A stretch of 64,000 nt of DNA. It comes from Promethearchaeota archaeon (GTDB lineage: Archaea; Asgardarchaeota; Lokiarchaeia; Sigyniarchaeales; SOKP01). Shown here piece by piece: positions 37,237 to 45,274 of the stretch; the stretch's first letter is position 1, and each line of letters begins with the position of its first letter. The notes beneath the pieces were generated by a model. That model worked only from the letters and a program-made list of their open reading frames with translations. It searched no databases and was not told where the DNA came from. The position numbers were made by a program, and so were the translations under genes. Location: NCBI GenBank assembly GCA_030599585.1, contig JAUVNS010000005.1, forward strand, positions 192,001 through 256,000, in the 5' to 3' direction.

Positions 37237-39297
37237 TTACTTTCTGAAAGAAATCTTAGTCGAAAATTTTCTAAATGGTTTAGGCAATTTATGTTTAGGA
37301 AATCCTTTCGTGTCTTCATTAAGCATTTCAATAAGTTCGCTCAGTTTAACATTGTTGACATTTTTTGACGTTTCCTTTTTTGGACCTATTGGATAACCTA
37401 TTAGCCTTTTTCTTACTGAAATAGTTTGATTTTCTTGCTCTTTTGCACCGAGTATTATGGTATAGGGAATCCAATCAATTTCGGATTGTCTAATTTTTTT
37501 ACCTAATTTTTCATTTCTATCGTCAAAATCTACTCTGTAGGATTCTTTACTAAGAATTTTGAGTATTTTCTCAGCATAGTCGTGCTGATCATTGCTTATA
37601 GTTAAAATCCTTACTTGGATAGGAGATAACCACGTTCTAAATCCCGGAACGATTTTATCTTTATCTCGAATTGCCGTCTCGATTAATCCCCACAAGATCC
37701 TCTCTAATCCTCCTGTTGGAGAATTATGAAGAATGACCGGATATTTCTTTGTACCATCAGTATCTGTAAAATTAATGTCGTATTTTTGTCTCTTTTTTCC
37801 TTCGTTATCTACCATATATTCAAGCGAGCTTTCTACGTCAATTTGGTTAGTTGAGAGCGTAGCGCTTCTATTCTGAGCTGAGAGGACGGGTCTTTCGAAC
37901 TTTAAAACAAAGTAAAAGTATCGTTCTTCCCATAATTCTAATAAAGCTGGTTGTCCTTCTTTCTTTATTAATTCTTTAATCCATTCCTTATTTTCTTTAT
38001 AAAAATCTTGAGTTGCTCTGAAAATTATGTAAGATTTTATTCCCAGGTCGTCTAAAAGGTTTTTTATTAAGAAATATTGACTTTTAAATTCTTCTACTGA
38101 AGACTTCACATCTTTGCATAATGTGTGCATATCAGGCATTACAAAACTTCTTAACCTTCTCAAACCTGTAAGTTCTCCTTTCATTTCTCGTCTAAAGGAA
38201 TATTGTTCCCATTCATATACTCGTAATGGAAAATAATGAGGTTTTAAATTCATAGAACTTAATAAATCAAAAAGTAAGAAATCAGAAGCATATCTTAATA
38301 TATACCTATCACTTCCCGATTCAACCCAATAACTCCTTGCTGGAAAACGTGCAGTTTGTGCAGTCAATTTTTTGTTTTTAGTAGTATACATAAGGGGAGT
38401 GTCGATAAGAATAGCACCGTAATCAATTATCCTATCTTCCACAAAACTCTTAATCAAGTTTTTCATGATCACTCCCTTACTATACCAACGGAGATTCCCC
38501 GCATCTGTGTTTGGATCGAAATCTACAAGCTCAAATTCTTTCATTACTTTGATATGAGCTGGTTCGATGCCTTCATCTGTTCTTTTTGTTCCTAATTCAG
38601 ATTCTAAGAAAAGCTGGAAATCTTCGTCTTTAATCTCTTTTAAGGGTAAAACATTCTTATCATCATCAAATTTTAAATCTAATTCAGTTCCTTGGGGTGT
38701 AATTACTTTAAATACTGCCGTTTCTATGTGTTCTTCAGGTTGAATGTATAACTTTACATCTCGGTACATCTCAGCCACTTCATGACCTATACAGTTAATT
38801 TTAAAAGACTTATACCATCCAAAGGGAGAATAACTTGCTTCGACACCCTTTTCTTCTAAAAATTTAGCGATTTTAGGACAGACATCCATAGCGTTTGCTT
38901 CATTACTAAGAAATTTGCTTAAATGCGCCCAGGGGTATACTAATACTTGATCAACCCTGTAATTATCCCTTTCCTTTATTAGCTCAAGGATTTTTCTTGG
39001 TTTTCCTTTGATTTGGCCACTTTCAATCTTTTTATTATATTCTCTTATCTCTTCGTTTTTCCGTCTAATTATTTCAGGAAAATTCGTTATTTGAATTATT
39101 GCATCTTCTATAACTTGAGCACCTTGTTTTGAAATTAAATCTGTATCGTAAGTATCTTGATCTTCTACAGATACATAAGCTACCAAAATCAGGCCCTCCA
39201 TTTTAATTATATCTTCGGGAAAGTCTTGTGGATTGCTTGTGGCTACTTTATTTTTTATAACTTCTACCCCATCAGAGTGAATTAGTAAAATTTTCAT
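37237..39297 (-). CDS. thrS: Threonine--tRNA ligase, archaeal type with N-terminal editing domain
   Basis: MKILLIHSD, YPWAHLS, PFGWYKSF.I.C.GH, FRREM.GEL.GL.RLR.F.MPDMH, WLSPIQVR. Confidence 0.95.
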   Translation of the reverse strand: MKILLIHSDGVEVIKNKVATSNPQDFPEDIIKMEGLILVAYVSVEDQDTYDTDLISKQGAQVIEDAIIQITNFPEIIRRKNEEIREYNKKIESGQIKGKPRKILELIKERDNYRVDQVLVYPWAHLSKFLSNEANAMDVCPKIAKFLEEKGVEASYSPFGWYKSFKINCIGHEVAEMYRDVKLYIQPEEHIETAVFKVITPQGTELDLKFDDDKNVLPLKEIKDEDFQLFLESELGTKRTDEGIEPAHIKVMKEFELVDFDPNTDAGNLRWYSKGVIMKNLIKSFVEDRIIDYGAILIDTPLMYTTKNKKLTAQTARFPARSYWVESGSDRYILRYASDFLLFDLLSSMNLKPHYFPLRVYEWEQYSFRREMKGELTGLRRLRSFVMPDMHTLCKDVKSSVEEFKSQYFLIKNLLDDLGIKSYIIFRATQDFYKENKEWIKELIKKEGQPALLELWEERYFYFVLKFERPVLSAQNRSATLSTNQIDVESSLEYMVDNEGKKRQKYDINFTDTDGTKKYPVILHNSPTGGLERILWGLIETAIRDKDKIVPGFRTWLSPIQVRILTISNDQHDYAEKILKILSKESYRVDFDDRNEKLGKKIRQSEIDWIPYTIILGAKEQENQTISVRKRLIGYPIGPKKETSKNVNNVKLSELIEMLNEDTKGFPKHKLPKPFRKFSTKISFRK

Positions 39298-39393
39298 GAT
39301 TATATCAAAAATCCTAAATATTTTTCTTCCTTTTGATAATTAATATATTTAAAATTGAAATTAATTATTACTAAAATATTTAATCATAAAATC

Positions 39394-40014
39394 ATGAAGC
39401 TTAATGAGATTTTTACGGAATTAAATGAAACTTTAGAGAAGCTAGACAAAGATAGAGAAAGCATACTAAAATTATCTCGTACTATGATTCGTAATTGTAG
39501 TATTGCAATAAAAAATATTCATAGAAAGGAATATAGTCAATATCACCAGAAAATCTTAAATATTCAAAAAATCCATAAAGATATGCTACTTTTAGTAAGC
39601 AATAATCCTGGTGTATTCTCAAAGTATTTAAAAACTCCGGAACAAGAGTATACGGAAGCTATAGCGTTTTATGCTGTCATAACAAAAGAACCTCTTCCAT
39701 TACCCAGTGATTTGAATATCGATCCAATAAACTATGCTTTAGGTCTTGCTGATGTAATTGGGGAATTAAGAAGATACGCATTGGATAATATAAGGAATTC
39801 AATCGTAGATGATCTGAACTACATATTAGAATGCATGGATGATATATACACTCAATTATTTTCCATCGACTTTCCTGCCGGTTTGACAAAAGATCTAAGA
39901 CACAAAATAGATCAAGGAAGAAATATCATTGAAAAAACTAGAGGAGATGTATCTATTTCGCTTCAAATGAATGATCTAAAAAGTTGTATAGAAAAAAGTG
40001 AAAAAAATCGCTAA
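39394..40014 (+). CDS. Translin/TRAX family protein
   Basis: RE.ILKLSR, QEYTEA, Y.LGLADVIGELRR, LRHK.D..R..IEKTR. Confidence 0.88.
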   Translation: MKLNEIFTELNETLEKLDKDRESILKLSRTMIRNCSIAIKNIHRKEYSQYHQKILNIQKIHKDMLLLVSNNPGVFSKYLKTPEQEYTEAIAFYAVITKEPLPLPSDLNIDPINYALGLADVIGELRRYALDNIRNSIVDDLNYILECMDDIYTQLFSIDFPAGLTKDLRHKIDQGRNIIEKTRGDVSISLQMNDLKSCIEKSEKNR

Positions 40015-40105
40015 AATTCTGCACTTCCATAGTAAAAGTACAATTTTTCAGATATTTGGTAAATATTTTTTGGTATATTATAAAATGTAAATGAGCTGAA
40101 AAAAA

Positions 40106-40543
40106 ATCGCAAAGAAAGTCTTAGTTGCCGGTACATTCGATATAATTCACCCTGGACACTTATATCTAATCAATGAAGCTGCAAAAATGGGTGATGTGTA
40201 CGTAATTGTTGCTACTGATATGAATAGAAAAATTTATTCTGGAGAAACACCTATAATTCCAGAAGACCAAAGGTTAGAAGTTATAAAAAGCATAAAAAAC
40301 GTAAAAGAAGCAAGATTGGGACGATCTGACAACGATACTCTCAAAACTGTTGAAGAAATTAACCCAGATATTATCCTTTTAGGTCCAGACCAAAAATATA
40401 ATCTCGAAACGTTGAAAGGAGAATTAGGAAAAAAAGGTTTAAGTAAAATTATGGTAAAAAGGTTGGATACTTACTATGAGAAATACTCGCTTCACTCTTC
40501 TAGCTTAATTAAAAAAAAAATAATAAAACAGTATAAGAATTAA
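40106..40543 (+). CDS. ribL: FAD synthetase (cytidylyltransferase family); start inferred at ATC 40106
   Basis: In-frame upstream extension IAKKVLVAGTFDIIHPGHLYLINEAAKMG supplies the HxGH motif; PDII.LGPDQ, SSS.IK; adjacent to ribK. Confidence 0.85.
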   Translation: MAKKVLVAGTFDIIHPGHLYLINEAAKMGDVYVIVATDMNRKIYSGETPIIPEDQRLEVIKSIKNVKEARLGRSDNDTLKTVEEINPDIILLGPDQKYNLETLKGELGKKGLSKIMVKRLDTYYEKYSLHSSSLIKKKIIKQYKN

Positions 40544-40559
40544 AATTTTAAGTAAGGCT

Positions 40560-41273
40560 ATGTCAAATAAAGGAGAGATATCACCTGAAAACTATGCTAA
40601 TTGGTTTGCTCTCTATCAACTTTGTAAGAATATAGAATATAGGCAAACAATTACTATTAGCAGTGTAGAGTTTGGGAAACTTATAAACTTGAGTCAACAA
40701 ACTGCTGCGAGAAGAATTAGCGAACTGGAGAACCTCGGGTGGATTAAAAGAAAAACTGAGAAAAAAATCCAAAAAATTGTTGTTACGAGAGAAGGAAACA
40801 ATGTAATGCTCTTGATGTATAAAAATTTAAAGGAAATTCTTGGTAGCATTGTTATCTTAGGTTCTGTTCAGAGCGGAATAAAAGAAGGTGCTTACTATGT
40901 TGCAATTAAAGGATATTTTGAACAATTTCAAGATAAACTAGGGTTTTTCCCATATAAAGGCACATTGAATTTAGGACTAAATGATACAAATATCGATTTA
41001 TTAATAGAAAAACTAAAATATATTAAACCAGTGATTATTTCGGGATTTAAAGACGATAACTCAGAGCGGACTTACGGTAGCGTCCATTGTTATGATTGTT
41101 TTATATCTCGCTTAGATAATCATGAGAATAAAATTAAAGCTGCAATACTTGATATACAAAGAACTCATCACGAAAAAAATACAATTGAAATCTTGGCTAA
41201 ACCTTATTTGAGGGATTATTTTAACCTTAAAGATGGAGATAAATTAATTATTGAACTAAATTTTAGCAACTAA
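40560..41273 (+). CDS. ribK: CTP-dependent riboflavin kinase with N-terminal wHTH
   Basis: LSQQTAARRI.ELE..GWI.R HTH; G.V.SG.KEGAYY, LGFFPYKGTLN, RTHH, LKDGD. Confidence 0.92.
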   Translation: MSNKGEISPENYANWFALYQLCKNIEYRQTITISSVEFGKLINLSQQTAARRISELENLGWIKRKTEKKIQKIVVTREGNNVMLLMYKNLKEILGSIVILGSVQSGIKEGAYYVAIKGYFEQFQDKLGFFPYKGTLNLGLNDTNIDLLIEKLKYIKPVIISGFKDDNSERTYGSVHCYDCFISRLDNHENKIKAAILDIQRTHHEKNTIEILAKPYLRDYFNLKDGDKLIIELNFSN

Positions 41274-41317
41274 AAACAGGTTTAGCTTGGCAAAAGAATG
41301 ATGAGGGCTAAATAACT

Positions 41318-41941
41318 TTACACATTATTCTCGTATTCTTTTATAAGGGATTTAATTTTAAAATATCTAAAAAAAGCTGTGGCTAATACTAAAAGCATGA
41401 AAACGAATAAGAATTCGTTTACATAACCGATAAAATTCGCAACCAACATCGTGATCACTAGATAAAATAATCTTTCGGATCTTGCCATCAAGCCAAAATC
41501 AAAATCACCTTTAAAAAATACCTCCGCTCTCGCTCTTATATAACTTATCATAATCGAGCTAAAAAATGATATAAGGATGATTATTTTCATGTCAAAAATA
41601 CCCCATAAAGCGCTATTCCAGTTATAAATCAAAAGTGCCAAAAATATTACGAATTCACTTACTCTATCCATTAAAGAATCAAAAAATCCTCCAAATTTCG
41701 TTACCCTTTCTTGTTCCCTTGCGATTGCTCCATCAACCCCATCAAAAAAGCCAGTTGCGAAGACAAATAGTGAAAATAAGAGCAAATTCGATAAGAAGAC
41801 GAGAAGAATGAAACTTATAATAGAAAAACTGAGCATAGTAATCGTAGCCAAATTTGGGCTTAAACCCACTCTACTTAGGAGATGTGCAACTTTTTTTACT
41901 GAGGGTTTGAAAATTCTACGGAGTCTAAATTTTGATGCCAT
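41318..41941 (-). CDS. CDP-alcohol phosphatidyltransferase (archaetidylinositol-phosphate synthase-like)
   Basis: SPN.AT, D..DG..AR.....T.FGGFFDS..DR..E, SYIRARAE, G..AR.ER. Confidence 0.9.
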   Translation of the reverse strand: MASKFRLRRIFKPSVKKVAHLLSRVGLSPNLATITMLSFSIISFILLVFLSNLLLFSLFVFATGFFDGVDGAIAREQERVTKFGGFFDSLMDRVSEFVIFLALLIYNWNSALWGIFDMKIIILISFFSSIMISYIRARAEVFFKGDFDFGLMARSERLFYLVITMLVANFIGYVNEFLFVFMLLVLATAFFRYFKIKSLIKEYENNV

Positions 41942-41973
41942 ATCTCATATATTTTAACAATTAATTATTTTAA

Positions 41974-42064
41974 CAATTAAAATTATTAAAAATAATAATT
42001 TTAAATAGCTTAATAAAACCAATTAAAATTATTAAAAATAATAATTTTAAATAGCTTAATAAAA
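41974..42064. repeat. Tandem duplication of a 45-bp unit containing a 12-bp-arm palindrome
   Basis: CAATTAAAATTATTAAAAATAATAATTTTAAATAGCTTAATAAAA at 41974-42018 and 42020-42064. Confidence 0.85.
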
Positions 42065-42094
42065 AGATTAAAGAAAAATTTTATGTGATTCTCA

Positions 42095-42391
42095 TTGAAA
42101 TTACGACTTATACTTAAAACTACAACAAAAAAAAACAAAGATGTATATCTTAAATTCAACATAGCTCCAAGCAAACATTTAGGTTTTATAAATTTCATTA
42201 ATTTAGCTTTAAATCAAGATAAACCGGTTTCGATAACTTTCGAAAAAATAAGTAAAAAAGGAGATAAAGAAGAAAGTAAAATTGTTGGAACCTTTAAATT
42301 TGAAGGAAAGAGCGATGCTGAATTGGAAACTGAAATTAAAGAACGAGAGAAAAAAAGGAAAAAACAGCACCAAAAAAGAGTTCAAGGCTAA
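42095..42391 (+). CDS. Hypothetical basic protein
   Basis: 98-aa ORF with TTG start and Lys-rich C-terminus. Confidence 0.65.
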   Translation: MKLRLILKTTTKKNKDVYLKFNIAPSKHLGFINFINLALNQDKPVSITFEKISKKGDKEESKIVGTFKFEGKSDAELETEIKEREKKRKKQHQKRVQG

Positions 42392-42481
42392 TTTCTATTT
42401 GATAAAATTTTTTAAGATAGTATTCAATATTCTAATTTTATAAATCCATCGATACTTAGTAAACTTAAGTAAGTCTTAGAT

Positions 42482-43432
42482 ATGAATAAAGAAATTTCTC
42501 TAGAGATTCCTGGTCGCATTTGTATTGTGGGGGATAAGGTTGATCTACTAGGAAAACCAGTCATAGCCATGGCAATTAATTTAATGATGAGATTTAATTA
42601 TAAACCTCGTAAAGATGATACAATTGAATTTTATAGTCACAACACGAATGAAAGAATCCATTTCACATTGGATGAATCACCCCCTAAAAATATAGATTTA
42701 GCGTATTGGAGTGTTTTATTTGATAGGCTAAAAAGTAAAATTGACCACGGATTCTATTTAGATGTGTCATCAGATATCCCCATTGGGGGGGGACTCTCTA
42801 CATCAGCAGCACTTTCCGTTGGATTTTTGAAAATTATAAGTGAAGTATTCACTTTAAATTTAAATAACAATGAAATTGCAGAACTTGCTTATTTGGGAGA
42901 AAATCACGATTTAGGAATCCAATGTGGGAGAATGGATCAATATAGCATTGCGCATGGTGGTATCACTTTTATCCATACTGACGATAATCCTCGGGTTGAA
43001 CAATTAAAACTTAAGAATCTTCCCATTGTAGTTGGAGATTCAGTTGAAGATCGGAAAGCTGCTTCTGTATTAAATCGGATTAAGAAACAAATACTTTTAA
43101 AGGATGAAATAACTCTAAAAGCTTTTAAGGAAATTGAAAATTGCGTAACTCAATCCAAAACGGCGCTTTTAAATAACGACTACCAAAAACTTGGAATGTA
43201 TATGGAGATTCAACAACAGCAAGAGATATTATTAGAAGCTACCACTCCTAAGATTTTAAAATTATGTGAAGCTGCAAAAAACGCAGGAGCACTCGGAGCA
43301 AAACAAATGGGGGCCGGAGGTGGTGGTGCCATGCTTGCAATAGCACCAGGAAGACAAAATGAGGTTGTTAAAGCTATAGAGCGGGCTGGAGGGAGAGCTT
43401 GGATTTTTGACATCTATAATTATGCCTCCTAG
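42482..43432 (+). CDS. GHMP kinase (galactokinase/mevalonate kinase superfamily)
   Basis: PGRI..VG, SDIP.GGGLSTSAA, CGRMDQY, GAK..GAGGGG. Confidence 0.88.
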   Translation: MNKEISLEIPGRICIVGDKVDLLGKPVIAMAINLMMRFNYKPRKDDTIEFYSHNTNERIHFTLDESPPKNIDLAYWSVLFDRLKSKIDHGFYLDVSSDIPIGGGLSTSAALSVGFLKIISEVFTLNLNNNEIAELAYLGENHDLGIQCGRMDQYSIAHGGITFIHTDDNPRVEQLKLKNLPIVVGDSVEDRKAASVLNRIKKQILLKDEITLKAFKEIENCVTQSKTALLNNDYQKLGMYMEIQQQQEILLEATTPKILKLCEAAKNAGALGAKQMGAGGGGAMLAIAPGRQNEVVKAIERAGGRAWIFDIYNYAS

Positions 43433-43440
43433 ATTTGGAT

Positions 43441-44190
43441 TTAGCGTAACCCGATGAAACCCAATTTCACAAGATTCTTACATATGTTGTAGACTTGTAC
43501 ATGCTTTAAATCCAATTTTTCCGTTATCTGTCTTATAGATTTTTGCCCATCGATTTGATAATATACTTTTTGTGAAGTTTCACCGGTCAAGTAATATTTT
43601 GGATTAATTTTTTTTAGTGTTGTGAATCGAGGGATTTGATTGCAGTAAGGAGGTAAGTTAGGCGGAGGATCTAACTTACTCCTTAGAGCTTTTAAGTTGG
43701 ATTCTTCATTTAATCTCTCTTCTACGCTTTTAAATAAGTCAACAACCCTTTCTTTGAACTCTGTATCGCTCTCATTCAATTCCTCTTCTACAAAAGCCTC
43801 TAAAATATTCTCAAAGGATTTGAATGCATTAGTATTACCTTTCCAATTCAATATTGCGTCGATGCTGAATTTTAGTATAAATGTTCGAGAAAGCTTCCTT
43901 AAAATCCTTAAAACATTTACAGGTTTAGATTTTTCATCGTATGTGGCAATGTAAATTAAATTTGGAATACTTGAGTCCTTTAAAAACGATAATTTTAAAT
44001 CATTATTAGATAATTTCAATTCGCTAATAGTTCCTAAATCCTCAAAAGAGTCAGCAAAAGAGTTCAGTGCTGAAAAAAACCCAGATACCATAAGTAATGA
44101 GTCTGCTTCTGAGAAAATATTTTTAGCTATAGAAAAATTCTTAAACAATAGCGGTAATCCATCTTTAATAATTAAGAAATCATGTATCAT
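43441..44190 (-). CDS. Longin-like domain plus C-terminal winged helix protein
   Basis: IHDFLIIKDGLPL...LMVSGFFSALNSFA...W.G....F..F (longin-like); IDGQKSIRQI..KL.....VYNICKNLVKLGFI (wHTH). Confidence 0.7.
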   Translation of the reverse strand: MIHDFLIIKDGLPLLFKNFSIAKNIFSEADSLLMVSGFFSALNSFADSFEDLGTISELKLSNNDLKLSFLKDSSIPNLIYIATYDEKSKPVNVLRILRKLSRTFILKFSIDAILNWKGNTNAFKSFENILEAFVEEELNESDTEFKERVVDLFKSVEERLNEESNLKALRSKLDPPPNLPPYCNQIPRFTTLKKINPKYYLTGETSQKVYYQIDGQKSIRQITEKLDLKHVQVYNICKNLVKLGFIGLR

Positions 44191-44454
44191 GAATTAGACT
44201 CGTCTTACTTTGTTCAGATATTTATAAAAACTCAAATAAAATCATCAATCTTAGTATCAATAAAATTTAATATCTAAAAAAGAAAAAAAAAAGTAATATC
44301 CTAGTAATATAAAAAAAATATTGAAATCTTTAAACTATAAGGAAATATAATTATTTAGAATTTGAAAATTATTTACGATTCCTCAACTCTCATTAATAAG
44401 ATAAGCGGGAGGAAAAGCATATAATATAAAAACAAGTTATGGAGTTGAGACATA

Positions 44455-45198
44455 CTGAAAGCAATAATACTCTGTGCGGGTCAAGGAACGAGGTTACAAC
44501 CTTATACTAACAAATATCAGAAAACGATGCTGAAACTTCACGGTAAGCCTTTTTTAGAATACCTTTTAGAAGGATTGATATCTGCAGGCTTTAGAGAATT
44601 CATTTTTGTGGTTGGATATAAAAAAGAACAAATAATTAGCTATTTTCAAAATGGAAAGAATTGGAATGTAAATATCAAATATTTAGAGCAAGAGAAGTTA
44701 AATGGAACTGGAGGAGCTTTATTGCTCTGCGAAAGTTCTATTATTAAAGATCACTTTTTTTTAACATGGGGAGATATATTAGTACCTTATAAGATATATA
44801 AAGATGTGGTTGATATCCATCAAAAAGAAAAGTATGACTATATTTTAGTTGCTAATTACACGGAAGATCCTTACTTAGGTGCTGCAATTTATAGCGATGG
44901 CAGTATTTGTACCGATATAATTGAAAAACCACCTCTCGGAACCTCGAAGACTAATTTTAACAATTGTGGCGTGTTCATTTTTTCTAAAAACATATTCAAT
45001 CTTTTGAGAAAACTCTCACCTTCCGAAAGGGGTGAAATAGAAGTTCCTAAAGCTCTTCTAAAAGGGATAAAAGAACATAATTGGAAAGTAAGAGTTGTAG
45101 AAATGGGGAAATATCAATTCAGAATTGACTTAGGAGTTAAGCAAATATATGAACAATTAAGGGACGATTCATCATGGGTTCATTTTTTAAAGATTTAA
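44455..45198 (+). CDS. Sugar-phosphate nucleotidyltransferase; start inferred at CTG 44455
   Basis: In-frame extension LKAIILCAGQGTRLQPYT...K.ML gives the family signature; LNGTGGA, WGD, IEKP, S.RGEIE. Confidence 0.85.
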   Translation: MKAIILCAGQGTRLQPYTNKYQKTMLKLHGKPFLEYLLEGLISAGFREFIFVVGYKKEQIISYFQNGKNWNVNIKYLEQEKLNGTGGALLLCESSIIKDHFFLTWGDILVPYKIYKDVVDIHQKEKYDYILVANYTEDPYLGAAIYSDGSICTDIIEKPPLGTSKTNFNNCGVFIFSKNIFNLLRKLSPSERGEIEVPKALLKGIKEHNWKVRVVEMGKYQFRIDLGVKQIYEQLRDDSSWVHFLKI

Positions 45199-45274
45199 AT
45201 AATAAAAGAGTGAAGATAATTACATAATATAACACTTGATATTTTATATAAAATGTGAAGGAGTAGTAGTTTAA

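Noticed and set aside
40097-40099. Selenocysteine codon in ribL
   Set aside because: The TGA is at codon 3, outside any catalytic Cys position, and I could not identify a SECIS-like hairpin nearby; kept only as an alternative explanation.
41974-42064. Possible mini-CRISPR array
   Set aside because: Only two copies separated by 1 nt, with no spacers and no cas genes.
44379-44414. TTCCTC...GAGGAA hairpin in an AT-rich intergenic region
   Set aside because: Only a 6-bp outer stem with an irregular interior and no family motif; insufficient support for an sRNA.
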